Positions 9,081 to 19,296 are shown, numbered from the stretch's first letter. The stretch: DNA of 64,000 bases from Candidatus Moraniibacteriota bacterium (GCA_016699425.1 CP064975.1:130979-194978); one strand, 5' to 3'. A program made the numbers and translations. The notes: generated by a model not told the origin, from the sequence alone.

Positions 9081-10361
9081 TTAGGGGTGGATCTTCTTAT
9101 AATCGCGCCACTGCTTCTCCGACCAGCCTTTCGGTTTCGTGGTGTAGTTCGGTTCATCACCCGGATGTGGGAAGAGACTCGGCGACTTGTAATTACTCCA
9201 GAACATATCATCGATGAGCGTATTGCCCGAGGCATCCTTCACCGTGTGGGTGAAGACGGTCTTCATACTGCCATCTGGGTGGCTTTCGAGGATATGCGGC
9301 CCATCGATGGTGACGGTGCGGCCATCTCGGGTGCCATACATGGAAAAGGTGAGGAGGGTGCCGTTTATTTCTGGCACGAGGAGGATGGTTCCGGGGGTGT
9401 TGTTGGTGAACTTCAGGTCCGGCCGGGGGACATAGACGGTCGCATCCATGCCATAGGGCTTGTAGTACTGGACGGGGTAGGCGTGGTTCCGGCGTTCGGT
9501 GATTTTCAAACCAGATTGGAGGGCAGCGCGGAAGACCGTCGTCGAGACTTGGCAGATGCCGCCACCGAATTCCGGCTCGGTCTTGTTGTTTTTGATGACG
9601 AGTTCAGGGAGATAGCCGTGTTCGCCGTCGACTTCTCCGAGATGATCGACGAAGGAGAAAGTCGCGCCAGGCTCAATAATGACACCGTCGAAGTCTTGGA
9701 TGGCGCGAGTGATGTTGTAGATGCGATTTTTCGGCGAACCACGGAAGTTCGTCGTGGCCGTCCCGATGAGCTCGGTGATGCCAAGGCTAGAGAGTGTTTC
9801 GGCCGAGACTTTGGCTGACGTGACGATGCTCGGGAGCCGGATGGTCAGGGTGGCCTGTTGAGCGGAGCGAAGAGCAGATTCCAATTGGGCCAGACTCGCT
9901 TCGATGTCTACTGTGATGCCATTTTCTGCGGGTACGGCGATGGCGACCGAGGCGTCTTGGACAGTGAGGCGAGCATCTTTCGGGTCGCGGTCGGCTTTGT
10001 CGGCGAAGCTCTCGATACTCATCCTCAGTCGATCAGGGAGGAGTTCGAGCGAATGAGCCAGGACGATGTGACTGCGAGTGGCGCGCGAGAGAAAGGCGTC
10101 GCAGAAACTCGGGAGCGGATCACAAGCCCGAGTCGTATCCTCAAACTCAGGCGACTTTCCTGGTTCGTAGGTGAGATGCGTCTTATCGGTATACCAGGAA
10201 AGGACCTCGGTGTGGTCCATAATCTGGACGAAGGCATCAGTTTGCAGGGTCAGGTCATCCGGAATCGTGAATGCTCGGACAATTCCGGGACAAAGAAAAA
10301 CAAGAGCAACAAAAGGTGCCGCATACAACAGCTGAAGATACCGAACAACGCGAATGGGCAT
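9081..10361 (-). CDS. VanW-family protein with N-terminal TM anchor
   Basis: Conserved VanW core (GATFSFVDHLGE...GGGICQVSTTVFRAALQSGLKITERRNHAYPVQYY). Confidence 0.8.
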   Translation of the reverse strand: MPIRVVRYLQLLYAAPFVALVFLCPGIVRAFTIPDDLTLQTDAFVQIMDHTEVLSWYTDKTHLTYEPGKSPEFEDTTRACDPLPSFCDAFLSRATRSHIVLAHSLELLPDRLRMSIESFADKADRDPKDARLTVQDASVAIAVPAENGITVDIEASLAQLESALRSAQQATLTIRLPSIVTSAKVSAETLSSLGITELIGTATTNFRGSPKNRIYNITRAIQDFDGVIIEPGATFSFVDHLGEVDGEHGYLPELVIKNNKTEPEFGGGICQVSTTVFRAALQSGLKITERRNHAYPVQYYKPYGMDATVYVPRPDLKFTNNTPGTILLVPEINGTLLTFSMYGTRDGRTVTIDGPHILESHPDGSMKTVFTHTVKDASGNTLIDDMFWSNYKSPSLFPHPGDEPNYTTKPKGWSEKQWRDYKKIHP

Positions 10362-10368
10362 GCGATAA

Positions 10369-10941
10369 TTAGAAACCTCTCACCTGGATCTTCTTTGTTT
10401 TGGTCGTATCAGCCTTGGGGAGACGAATCGTCAGAATGCCGTTCTTCAGTGCCGCATCAGCCTTTTCGGGGATGACATCGACAGGGAGGAGGACTGAGCG
10501 GGAAAAAGAACCCCAGTAGCACTCCTGGTAATAGTAGTTGCCGCTCTCGACGATTTCCTCGTTCTTGCGCTCGCCTTTGACGGTGACCATGTCGTTGTTG
10601 ATAGAGACATCGAGGTCCTCGGGCTTTACCCCGGCGATGGTCGACTTGATGACGATGTCGTTTTCCGTCTGGTAGACATCGATAGTGAGCTGCCCCTCGG
10701 CATTGTCATCGGCCATGCTGCCGCCACCCGTATAGGATGGGGTGCTCCAGGACGGCTCTTCTGGTTCGGGAGCATAGGTTGGCTCGGTATTCATCTGGAG
10801 CGGTGTTTCTTCTTCTTGGGCGTAGACGCTGACACTCTCCTCCTTGTAGGAAGGAGAACCATCAAGTTCGCGTGCGCCGGTGAGTCGTTCAAAAAAAGAG
10901 CGTTTCTGTTTCATGGTGGTGCTGTTTAATTGGTATTGCAA
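10369..10941 (-). CDS. Hsp20/alpha-crystallin family small heat-shock protein (probable true start at the internal Met, about 10914)
   Basis: Alpha-crystallin domain (QLTIDVYQTENDIVIKSTIAGVKPEDLDVSINNDMVTVKGERK...GSFSRSVLLPVDVIPEKADAALKNGILTIRLPKA). Confidence 0.8.
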   Translation of the reverse strand: MQYQLNSTTMKQKRSFFERLTGARELDGSPSYKEESVSVYAQEEETPLQMNTEPTYAPEPEEPSWSTPSYTGGGSMADDNAEGQLTIDVYQTENDIVIKSTIAGVKPEDLDVSINNDMVTVKGERKNEEIVESGNYYYQECYWGSFSRSVLLPVDVIPEKADAALKNGILTIRLPKADTTKTKKIQVRGF

Positions 10942-10998
10942 TACTCCTAGTATAGAGGAAGCCTGGCCACTCCGGCAAGAAGCCCGGGCATACCGCCC

Positions 10999-11436
10999 TT
11001 AGAGCGAGGAATTATAGAGGGTGTGAACCAGGATGGCTCCGAGGAGACCGACGAGTGGACTCAGGCTATAGCTTTCCTGGAGCCGGAGGCCACTGTAGAT
11101 GATCAGGGTGCCGAGGAGGTGAATACCGGCCATCGCCCCGAGGCTTGTAGGCTCGGAGAGAGCGGATGATGAGAGCATGACGAGGGCGATCTCAGCCGAG
11201 ACGAACCCGAGACCGAAGAGAGAGGCGTGGAGCCAGGATAGGGTATCCGGTGAACGTTTCCCGAGCTGGAGGAGAAACGCGAGCTTGGCTCCTTCTTCGA
11301 GCGTGGCGGCCCCGACGAGGAGGATGAGCGATGGTGCGTTCGTCAGTGGTGTGGTGAGAAACAGCGAGAAAAACACCTGAGCGAGGAGAGCGGCGGTGGC
11401 CGCAAAGAAACCAAAGATGAGTGCGAGGATGGGCAT
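10999..11436 (-). CDS. Hypothetical integral membrane protein (4 TM)
   Basis: 145-aa hydrophobic ORF whose start overlaps the valS stop, suggesting an operon. No motif recognised. Confidence 0.5.
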   Translation of the reverse strand: MPILALIFGFFAATAALLAQVFFSLFLTTPLTNAPSLILLVGAATLEEGAKLAFLLQLGKRSPDTLSWLHASLFGLGFVSAEIALVMLSSSALSEPTSLGAMAGIHLLGTLIIYSGLRLQESYSLSPLVGLLGAILVHTLYNSSL

Positions 11437-14102
11437 TATGAGGAGAGTTCTTGGATGGACTGAGAGAGGGTGATGAGCTTTGCCTCAGCGGTGGCGAGTG
11501 AGGTGCGCTGAGCAGAGATGATATTTTCCGGAGCCTTTTCGGTGAAGCCAGCGTCGGCGAGACGAGTCTTCAATCCAGCAATATATTTTCTGAGTTCGGC
11601 GGTTTCTTTTTCGAGCCGCGCTTTTTCAGCGGCGACATCGATCACATCACCGAGATGGACGAAGGCCCGGAGGCCGCCAGCGATGATACTGGCGCTCGCA
11701 GCCGGTCGGGCAGCGACAGCATCGGTGATGAGAACTTCAGCGACTCGGCCGAGACGTTCGATGATGGGCGTAAACGGCGTGAGTGTCACTGCATCGCCGA
11801 TGAGGGTCAGCGAAAGTGTTTCTTTCGGATCGATATGGTAGACGGCACGGACATTGCGGATTTTCTGGATGAGGTCGATGATGGTGAGAAAGTTGCCGGT
11901 CGGGGCAGAGTCTGGCTGATGTGGGGCTGCTGGCGTGTTCCAGCGCTGAACCATCAGCGGATACTTCTCGTTCGGGTAAAGCGATGTGTACAAGGCCTCG
12001 GTCACGAATGGCATGAAGGGATGCCAGAGCTTCAGGAGCTCATTGAAGACATGGACGAGGACAGTATCATGTTTTTCGATCTTGTGGATCTCGATATACC
12101 AATCGGCGAATTCATTCCACGTGAAGTCCCGCAGCGTTTCGGCTGCGAGCGAGATGTTGTAGGTGTCGAGTCGTTGAGAGACCGTGCTCCGGACTGTCTC
12201 GAGTCGCTCAAGTATCCATGTATCGGCAGGCGAGAGATGTCCGGACAGCCGAGCAGGTTGGTCCCAGCAGATGCTTTCGGGTGTGACCGAAGAGGTGAGG
12301 TAGCGCCCCATGTTCCAGAGCTTGTTCACGAAATTTCGCATCGCGATGGTCTTCTCAGTGGAGAGCTTCAGATCGTTTCCGGGAGTTGATCCGACGACTA
12401 AAGCTAAGCGGAGCGCATCGGCGCCGTTTTCGGCGATCACATCGAGGGGGTCAACGATATTGTCGAGAGACTTCGACATCTTGCGACCTTGCTCATCGCG
12501 CACGAGACCGTGGAGATAGACGGTCTGGAACGGGGCCTTCCCGAAGAAGTACTCGGACATGAGTATCATCCGCGCCACCCAGAAGAAGAGGATATCATAG
12601 GCGGTTTCAAGGAGTACAGTGGGGTGATAAGTCTTGAGATCCACGGCGGATTCGTCGGGCCAGCCGAGGGTGGAGAATGTCCAGAGTCCCGACGAGAACC
12701 AGGTGTCGAGTGTATCGGGGTCTTGCTGCCAGCCATCACCATCGGGCGCTTCGATCCCACAATACGTTTCATTACCGCGATACCACACTGGGATGCGGTG
12801 ACCGAACCAGATCTGGCGGGAGATACACCAGTCGCGGAGGTTGTCGATCCAGTGGAAATAGATTTTCTCAAAACGTTCAGGGAGGATGTCGACGGCTTTC
12901 GAACGTACCGCATCCTGCATGAGCGTCTTCAGGGTGACGGTCCGTCCCGCTCGTTCGAACTCTTTATTCACCGCGACGAACCACTGTCGCTTGATCTGTG
13001 GTTCGATCACGCCACCGCCGCGGCTATTGATGGCGACATTGTGGACATAGTCGGCTTCCGTCTTTACGACTAGTCCTTTGGCGATGAGCGCAGCGATGAT
13101 CTGTTCCCGCGCTTCGGCGATCGGCAGACCGGAGAATTCTCCGGCGATCGCGAGGAGCTTTCCGTCTTCACCGATGATTTGTTCTCGGTCGAGCCCATGG
13201 CGTTCGGCGATGTCGAAGTCGGTGTGGTCATGCCAGGGGGTGATAGTCATCACGCCAGTGCCAAAGGCCATGTCGATGACGGTGTCCTTCACGATCGTCG
13301 CCTCGATCGGGCCATTGATCCACTCGACGGTGAGTTTCTGGCCATCAGCATAGGCCGCATAGCGTTCGTCGTCCGGATGCATGACGACATATTTGTCGCC
13401 GAATTTTGTCTCAGGCCGGGCGGTCGAGATCACGAACGGTCCGTATTGCAGATAGTAGAAGGGGATCTTTTCCTCTCGCCACTCGATCTCGTCATCTGAG
13501 ACGGTGGTCTGGAGGTTCGGGTCCCAGTTCACGATGCGGTTGCCGCGGTAGATGAGACCGTCGTCATACATGCGCTTGAAGGCGGTGCGCACCGCGAGAC
13601 TGCGCTTATCATCGAGCGTATAGGCTTCGCGTGACCAGTCGAGCGAAGAGCCGAGCTTCTTCGTCTGGTGGACGATGGTGTCATGACTCTCTTGGGCAAA
13701 TGCCTCGACTCGGCGGAGGAGCTCTTCGCGGCCGAGGTCGTGGCGGGTCTTGCCCTCGGTCTGGTAGATGATTTTTTCGACTTTGCTCTGGGTGGCGATG
13801 GCGGCATGATCGGTGCCGGGGACCCAGAGAGTGCGATAGCCCTGCATCCGTTTGAAGCGCACGATCAGGTCCTCGATGGCGAGCATGCAGGCGCTGCCGG
13901 TGTGGAGGGTCCCGGTGACGTTCGGTGGTGGGAGGACGATAGAAAATGGCTCGGCATCGGCGGCCGTTACGCCACTCGTGACACAGGTGTCGGGATTGAA
14001 AAAGCCGCTCTTCTCCCAGCGGGCGTAGAGGCGGTCTTCCCACGCTTTGGGGTCATAGGCTTTGGGGAAATCGGTTGTCGCTGATTCATCGGACATATCC
14101 AA
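11436..14102 (-). CDS. valS: Valine--tRNA ligase
   Basis: 888 aa with a class I aaRS core (PPPNVTGTLHTGSA HIGH-like motif, KMSKSLDN), an editing domain and a C-terminal coiled coil. Confidence 0.95.
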   Translation of the reverse strand: MDMSDESATTDFPKAYDPKAWEDRLYARWEKSGFFNPDTCVTSGVTAADAEPFSIVLPPPNVTGTLHTGSACMLAIEDLIVRFKRMQGYRTLWVPGTDHAAIATQSKVEKIIYQTEGKTRHDLGREELLRRVEAFAQESHDTIVHQTKKLGSSLDWSREAYTLDDKRSLAVRTAFKRMYDDGLIYRGNRIVNWDPNLQTTVSDDEIEWREEKIPFYYLQYGPFVISTARPETKFGDKYVVMHPDDERYAAYADGQKLTVEWINGPIEATIVKDTVIDMAFGTGVMTITPWHDHTDFDIAERHGLDREQIIGEDGKLLAIAGEFSGLPIAEAREQIIAALIAKGLVVKTEADYVHNVAINSRGGGVIEPQIKRQWFVAVNKEFERAGRTVTLKTLMQDAVRSKAVDILPERFEKIYFHWIDNLRDWCISRQIWFGHRIPVWYRGNETYCGIEAPDGDGWQQDPDTLDTWFSSGLWTFSTLGWPDESAVDLKTYHPTVLLETAYDILFFWVARMILMSEYFFGKAPFQTVYLHGLVRDEQGRKMSKSLDNIVDPLDVIAENGADALRLALVVGSTPGNDLKLSTEKTIAMRNFVNKLWNMGRYLTSSVTPESICWDQPARLSGHLSPADTWILERLETVRSTVSQRLDTYNISLAAETLRDFTWNEFADWYIEIHKIEKHDTVLVHVFNELLKLWHPFMPFVTEALYTSLYPNEKYPLMVQRWNTPAAPHQPDSAPTGNFLTIIDLIQKIRNVRAVYHIDPKETLSLTLIGDAVTLTPFTPIIERLGRVAEVLITDAVAARPAASASIIAGGLRAFVHLGDVIDVAAEKARLEKETAELRKYIAGLKTRLADAGFTEKAPENIISAQRTSLATAEAKLITLSQSIQELSS

Positions 14103-14149
14103 AAAATACCACAGAAAAGGCTTGGATTCAAGGAAAAACAGTATTCCAG

Positions 14150-14211
14150 AAAAAAAACAGCCCCCGACTTGTCATACAGACCAAGTCAGAGGCTTTCATT
14201 CGGACGTTGCC
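14150..14211 (-). terminator. Putative terminator (imperfect hairpin GACTTG..CAAGTC followed by a T8 run on the minus strand) after ORF 14212..15243
   Basis: A stem is followed by GGGGGCTG and eight Ts on the minus strand. The stem-to-U-tract spacing is non-canonical. Confidence 0.35.
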
Positions 14212-15243
14212 CTAATCGATGGACCCCCGGCCGCCCCTCGAATACGTCTTAAGGAACCCGCCCAGACCGCCTCTTTTTTGCTTGAGGAGTCCATCTAAGT
14301 ATGTTCGAAGCTCAAGACGCAGCGGGGTACCGAGTCGTTCGCCAGCGATTCGATTCGTTTTCCACACGATACCGAACAAGCGCATCGTACCGAATATGGT
14401 GTCAGCTGTATCGTCTGACGTCGCCTCCTCCAGCGGCTTTGCGAGCCCGTAGTCAACGAGCAACTGCCACACCGGCTTCATGAGCCCGATTTCCATAAGC
14501 GCTGCCTGATACTTACGCTTCAGTTCCTCGACAGCCTGGGGTACGACCTCCTGCAAAGGAAGTCCCGGACGAGTACCGCCGATGATCCGATCCATTTCCA
14601 AAAAAGCGTTGGTCATGTCTTCGGACTGCTGCAACAGCAGGGCATGATCGCTTGCCAAGAGCCTCGCCCGCTGCTCCAAACCTACACTTGCTTCGGAGTT
14701 AGCTGCCAGAAGCGGCATGAGGATCTTGAGTACGGCTTCTGCCGACTCCTGTTCCTCTTGCTTCACCGCTGCCGCCTTGACGTCGTCAGCTGAAACATCA
14801 CCCATGAGGTACTGGCACAAGAGATCACCGTCCGGGACGTACGGTCCGTTGGTATATCCCTGTCCTGTGTGGTATTCTTCCCCGTCAATAGTGACGGAGA
14901 GTACTCCATGGTCGTAGACCTGACCTATCCGGCCGATCGGCGACACCCACATAGTATCGCCGTCTGCTTTGAACATGGGCACACCTTCTGCTGGATCTTT
15001 GACCGATGATATGCCGATGAAACACCCACGACGACGAGGCTTCTCATCAATCCACACAGCAACAATCCCGGCCTTGTCCGGATGAACCGTAAACATCGAC
15101 ACCGGAACACGTCTTTGGGTACTGACCGGCATACTTGACCCAAGGACAGTGACGCTCTCCACACCTCTCATTAACGAAATTGGAATCCCGGCGCCTGATT
15201 TAACCGACGTCATGGGGATAACAAGATTCGTGCTAGGTCTCAT
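14212..15243 (-). CDS. Hypothetical protein
   Basis: 343-aa ORF with even composition and no recognised motifs. Confidence 0.5.
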   Translation of the reverse strand: MRPSTNLVIPMTSVKSGAGIPISLMRGVESVTVLGSSMPVSTQRRVPVSMFTVHPDKAGIVAVWIDEKPRRRGCFIGISSVKDPAEGVPMFKADGDTMWVSPIGRIGQVYDHGVLSVTIDGEEYHTGQGYTNGPYVPDGDLLCQYLMGDVSADDVKAAAVKQEEQESAEAVLKILMPLLAANSEASVGLEQRARLLASDHALLLQQSEDMTNAFLEMDRIIGGTRPGLPLQEVVPQAVEELKRKYQAALMEIGLMKPVWQLLVDYGLAKPLEEATSDDTADTIFGTMRLFGIVWKTNRIAGERLGTPLRLELRTYLDGLLKQKRGGLGGFLKTYSRGGRGSID

Positions 15244-15417
15244 TTTCCTTCTCCTGGAAATACCCTCCGGCGGAGGGTGGAGTTAAAGAACTTCGGTACC
15301 CGCGGCGCGGCGTACCTCGGCAATTTGATTCTCCCATTGCCGTACGAGGAGGCTTATCTCAAGCGAAAAATCTGCCTTGGGAAAAGCATTATATTCTATA
15401 TGAAAATACAATTTGTG

Positions 15418-16512
15418 TCAATGGTCGACTGCGAGCGGCAGATGAGCCGAAGGTTCGAGTGTCGTCGCATTGGATCGGAGCGCCATGCGTTCGGTTTCGC
15501 TCATCCGGGCATAGCGCAGCATGCCGGCGGCGCCGATCATCGCGGCATTGTCGAGTGAATACTGGAATGGCGGCATGAGGAATTGGCAGTCGGAGTACGT
15601 GGCGACCATAGCTGTCATCCGCTCGCGCAGCCGTACGTTGGCCGAAACGCCGCCCGCGATGACGACAGTCTTCGGCTGATACTCCTGGAGGGCACGTTCC
15701 GTTTTCCCCACCAGCGTATCGACGACCGCTTCCTGGAACTCATGGGCGATGAGCGCGACGAATTCCCGATTGCTTTTCTTTTCGTCAGATTCTTTTTGCA
15801 GGGAGTACAGCACCGCCGTCTTCAGTCCGGAAAACGAGAAGCGATAATCGTCGGAGCTGAGCATGGGGCGAGGAAAGCGTTTGGCGGGCACACGTTCGGC
15901 TGCTGTCCGATAGGCATCAGCGCGTTTTCCGATCTCTGGCCCGCCGGGATAGGGGAGGTTAAGCATTTTCGCAACTTTGTCGAAAGCCTCGCCGGCGGCA
16001 TCGTCATCTGTCTCGCCGAGGAGTTTATACTCGAAATGATCGTGCATCAAGATGAGCTGGGTGTGGCCGCCCGAGACGATAAGAGCGAGGAGCGGAAATT
16101 CCAAATCTTTTTTGTGAGTCGTCGGTTGTGAGTCGTCGGTCAGCATGTTGGCATAGATATGGCCTTCGAGGTGATTCACGCCGAGGAGTGGTTTGTCCCA
16201 GGCGAGGGCGAGTGTCTTGGCGGCTGAGACACCGATGAGGAGTGCGGGGATGAGTCCGGGTCCCTGAGTCACGGCGACGCAATCGAGGTCCTGGGGAGTG
16301 ACCGAGGCTTCATGGAGCGCGGATTCGACGACGGGGATGATGTTCCGCACATGCTCACGCGCGGCGAGGTTCGGGATGACACCACCCCAGGCAGCGTGAA
16401 GTTCCGCTTGAGACGAGACGATGCTCGAGAGAACGGAAAGTGAAACGCCATCATAGCCGATGATGGCGGCGGCGGTTTCGTCACACGAGGTTTCGATGGC
16501 GAGGAGTTTCAC
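15418..16512 (-). CDS. tsaD: tRNA N6-adenosine threonylcarbamoyltransferase TsaD (Kae1/Gcp family)
   Basis: LAIETSCDETAAAI N-terminus, HxxGH-type metal site (VNHLEGHIYA) and ASKHD fold motifs. Confidence 0.9.
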   Translation of the reverse strand: MKLLAIETSCDETAAAIIGYDGVSLSVLSSIVSSQAELHAAWGGVIPNLAAREHVRNIIPVVESALHEASVTPQDLDCVAVTQGPGLIPALLIGVSAAKTLALAWDKPLLGVNHLEGHIYANMLTDDSQPTTHKKDLEFPLLALIVSGGHTQLILMHDHFEYKLLGETDDDAAGEAFDKVAKMLNLPYPGGPEIGKRADAYRTAAERVPAKRFPRPMLSSDDYRFSFSGLKTAVLYSLQKESDEKKSNREFVALIAHEFQEAVVDTLVGKTERALQEYQPKTVVIAGGVSANVRLRERMTAMVATYSDCQFLMPPFQYSLDNAAMIGAAGMLRYARMSETERMALRSNATTLEPSAHLPLAVDH

Positions 16513-16696
16513 AGGATGACGTTTAGGGCATTCCCACTCTAGCGGGCAGGGGACGAATAGACAAGTATCTCGTGTGGTTGCTTACAGTGGGAGGATAGCG
16601 ACGAGCGCGCCGATACCAACGAGCGTGGCGAGGAGTTTCAGGAGAATGGAAAGCCGGTGCTCGTGGAGGTAATGGAGCTCCTCTCGTATCCAGTTG

Positions 16697-17161
16697 TCAT
16701 TGCCGCGTCGAGCGACGAGCGCTTTCATTTCCTCGGGCGACCAAAGAGGTGATGAAGTGATCGAAATCATAATGGATCTCGCCGTCTTTGCTGGAAAAGA
16801 ATTTGTACCAGCGTGAGGAAAATGGCCAGAAGAGTCGGATGCCATAGCCCATACCGGAGAGGTCATGGACGAAGTGCCCAAACACTCCGAGGGCAAAGAG
16901 TAGCATCCAGGCCGGACCAGAGAGTGTGCCGACGAGGAGTGCGATGGGGATGTAGGGGATGGGATTGTGGAGGAGCGATCGGTGTGCGCCGAGGACTGTG
17001 CCGCCGACCGTCCCGCGCATGGCATACTCGATCCAGAAATCGATGTCGGGGAGCAGAGCAAAGACGACTCCGGCGAGCATCCAGCCAGAGGTGAGCTCCT
17101 GTCCGAACAAGAATCCTGTCAGAAAGGCCCAGAGGAGACCAAGTTTGATATCGAGAAACAT
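16697..17161 (-). CDS. Membrane-bound metal-dependent hydrolase (YdjM/DUF457-like), tentative
   Basis: Polytopic protein with conserved His residues (HRSLLHNP, HFVHDLSG). Confidence 0.4.
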   Translation of the reverse strand: MFLDIKLGLLWAFLTGFLFGQELTSGWMLAGVVFALLPDIDFWIEYAMRGTVGGTVLGAHRSLLHNPIPYIPIALLVGTLSGPAWMLLFALGVFGHFVHDLSGMGYGIRLFWPFSSRWYKFFSSKDGEIHYDFDHFITSLVARGNESARRSTRQ

Positions 17162-17257
17162 AAATCGCCAGAAGTGTAACAGGAAAAAGAAAAAGGCTCC
17201 AGTCGATTGGAACCCTATTTAGTGACGAAACAATTTGGTAGTTTTCCAATGTCACGA

Positions 17258-17467
17258 CTATCGATCCTCGTCATTGAGGAATTGCTGAACGCGATCGGGG
17301 TCGTTGTGACCAAGTTGGAGCGCTATGTCTCTCGCCTTTTCTTCTACAAACAATCTTGGCCGGTGGGTTTCGGTGCTGGGTTCGGGAGGACGATTTGATT
17401 TCTCTTTAGGCGCGGCCGGTTTCGCTTCTGAATCAAGCTTCTTGGGTACTTCAAACATACAGTACAT
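17258..17467 (-). CDS. Small hypothetical protein (69 aa)
   Basis: SD GAGGGAAA 8 nt upstream of the ATG. The product is hydrophilic and Pro/Glu-rich. Confidence 0.4.
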   Translation of the reverse strand: MYCMFEVPKKLDSEAKPAAPKEKSNRPPEPSTETHRPRLFVEEKARDIALQLGHNDPDRVQQFLNDEDR

Positions 17468-17529
17468 TATGCTTATTTCCCTCAGAGTATACTCCCTTTT
17501 GAGTCATGCTGTCCATTTTGGGCCCTGTT

Positions 17530-17778
17530 CTATCGGCGGAGCGCTTTGATGATAGCGATGAGGACGACCGCGCCGATGAGGGCGACAATGAAGCTTTGGA
17601 GATTGAAGCCGCTCACTCCACCGTAGCCGAAGAATCCAGCGAGCCAACTGCCGAGAGCGGACCCGACGACACCAACGACGACATTGAGCAGGATGCCTTG
17701 CTGGCCATCTGTTTTCATGATCATCGAGGCGACCCAACCGACGACACCACCGAAGATGATATAGATGAGAAAGCTCAT
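17530..17778 (-). CDS. GlsB/YeaQ/YmgE-family stress-response membrane protein
   Basis: 82 aa with a Gly-rich three-helix signature (GGVVGWVASMIM...GVVGSALGSWLAGFFGYGG). Confidence 0.75.
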   Translation of the reverse strand: MSFLIYIIFGGVVGWVASMIMKTDGQQGILLNVVVGVVGSALGSWLAGFFGYGGVSGFNLQSFIVALIGAVVLIAIIKALRR

Positions 17779-17819
17779 ATGATTACTATTAATGAATAAA
17801 AGTTACTGACTAAGAAGAA

Positions 17820-18044
17820 CTATTTCTTGATATTGACGTCAATTGTATCGGGAACATTGATCGTCGGGCTGCTCGGAGAGCTTTTCGTCTCTTGACTGCC
17901 TCGCATGGCGGGTAATCCGTACGCGAAGAAGAGAAACCCAACCACTACGAGGATCACGACACCGATGAGTACTCCTGCCAAACCGCTGCCTCCATCCGAT
18001 GGGGCGGGTGATTGCGCTGGTGGGTTGTTGATGATAGTGGCCAT
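17820..18044 (-). CDS. Small membrane protein (74 aa, single TM)
   Basis: Pro/Ser-rich N-terminus followed by a TM helix (LAGVLIGVVILVVVGFLFFAYGL). Confidence 0.4.
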   Translation of the reverse strand: MATIINNPPAQSPAPSDGGSGLAGVLIGVVILVVVGFLFFAYGLPAMRGSQETKSSPSSPTINVPDTIDVNIKK

Positions 18045-18058
18045 AAGAGAGGGTATAG

Positions 18059-18415
18059 TTACTGATCTTGCTGATCGAGTTTGACCGCGGCCTCAGGCGT
18101 CGAGACGCTCATGCTCATGACGAGGAGCTTGATGATACCCCAGGCGACGACGAAATATACGAACATCGCGAGGATAGTCGTCCACTCAAAGACACTGCCT
18201 TGGGCCTTGGAAACTCTGAAGACCGTCGCAAACGGCGCGGTGAACGGTGCCGTCACCATGTAGATGAAACTGGTGAACCCGGCTCCAGCATTGGCACCGA
18301 GGAGTTTCAGCACGAGGCGGAAAGCGAGAAGCACCTCGACCAGACCGAGGATATACCAGACGATCTGGGTCCCGCGGTAGAGGGGGCGAGTGCTGCTGGA
18401 TGACATGGCATCCAT
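18059..18415 (-). CDS. YggT-family membrane protein (tentative)
   Basis: 118 aa, two TM helices and topology typical of the YGGT family. The assignment rests on pattern only. Confidence 0.45.
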   Translation of the reverse strand: MDAMSSSSTRPLYRGTQIVWYILGLVEVLLAFRLVLKLLGANAGAGFTSFIYMVTAPFTAPFATVFRVSKAQGSVFEWTTILAMFVYFVVAWGIIKLLVMSMSVSTPEAAVKLDQQDQ

Positions 18416-18573
18416 AAGGGTGAGACTAATAATTACATACCAACGGTCCGAAAAGCACAGCTTTGGTCCATAGGGTGATGTAATTAAAAGGTTCTCTTGG
18501 TACCTCTAGTATACTCTTTTTTGGCGAAAGAAGTAGCGAGTGTTTAAGCTGTCTCTTGAGGCATTGGAGTCAT

Positions 18574-18607
18574 AAAAAAATTCAAGGCGTAAGATTGCTC
18601 TTACGCC
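18574..18607 (-). terminator. Rho-independent terminator (GGCGTAAGA-GCAA-TCTTACGCC followed by TTGAATTTTTTT on the minus strand)
   Basis: Nine-bp perfect stem followed by a U-tract, directly downstream of the secreted-protein gene. Confidence 0.7.
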
Positions 18608-18630
18608 CTGTAGTACGTGGACGATGTCCG

Positions 18631-19044
18631 CTATTTTCCGCTGAGGATCTCCGCGATCCGCGCTCGACCTTTAGCTTCGGTGGCCTTGGCCCGCTCGTGT
18701 TCGGCGGTCATGGCGTGGAAGCGCTTCTTGGAAGTGAAGAAGACGACACCGCTCGGGCATGGCGCGCCGAATGCCTGTCCCGGGATGCTGTAGCGGACCA
18801 GGACCAACTCCTCACCGCCTTCGCTCATGAACCCTACGGCGGTCACTTTGCCGGTCTCGTTGATAGAACAAGTTTCCCCGTAGGAAAACTCGTTGTTACC
18901 GCTTGCTACGGGTTCCGGATTCAGGACCTTGACCCACTCGTGGCCGGGGACCTTGGCTACGTCGCCTTTCTTGATGACTGCTTGTGCCGAAGCGATGGAA
19001 GCAAAGGCCCAGAGCACTGCGGTAATAAAGAACTTGGCTATCAT
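18631..19044 (-). CDS. Secreted hypothetical protein (signal peptide; the ORF extends to 19080 with an upstream Met)
   Basis: MIAKFFITAVLWAFASIASAQA signal peptide followed by a ~115-aa domain. Confidence 0.5.
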   Translation of the reverse strand: MIAKFFITAVLWAFASIASAQAVIKKGDVAKVPGHEWVKVLNPEPVASGNNEFSYGETCSINETGKVTAVGFMSEGGEELVLVRYSIPGQAFGAPCPSGVVFFTSKKRFHAMTAEHERAKATEAKGRARIAEILSGK

Positions 19045-19152
19045 GGAAACCTCCAGTAAGTTGTGTCTAGTGGTAATCACCAGACTCCATATACTAGCAC
19101 ACTTTTAACTCCCTGTCCAGTTGAAAATAGTCCTAGAAAAGCCTCGATTCTG

Positions 19153-19177
19153 TATATTTTCCGTAGCCCCAAGGGGA
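19153..19177. repeat. attR-like partial copy of the tRNA-Glu 3' end (left island boundary)
   Basis: 15/15 identity with 25274-25288, then 6/10 matches over the next 10 nt. Confidence 0.55.
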
Positions 19178-19275
19178 GTTTCGCCTTGCTGTCTGCTGAC
19201 AGCTTCGTTGTCCTGGGCAGCGCTGAATGCTCACTCGCATTCATCGACACTCGCCATGCCTTCACGGCAGGGCTC

Positions 19276-19296
19276 GCACCTGCCCGTTCGATTCCC
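19276..19296. repeat. Inverted partial copy of the tRNA-Glu T-arm/acceptor (CCCGTTCGATTCCCCTTGG)
   Basis: 16-nt exact match to the reverse complement of 25281-25296. This is an additional tRNA-derived scar at the island edge. Confidence 0.5.

Noticed and set aside
8578-9217. Plus-strand ORFs of 103-203 aa (8578..8889, 8604..8936, 8606..9217) in the GC-rich block
   Set aside because: They overlap one another in three frames, have low-complexity Gly/Arg/Ala-rich translations, and the longest runs antisense into the vanW C-terminus. They are typical spurious ORFs of GC-rich DNA.
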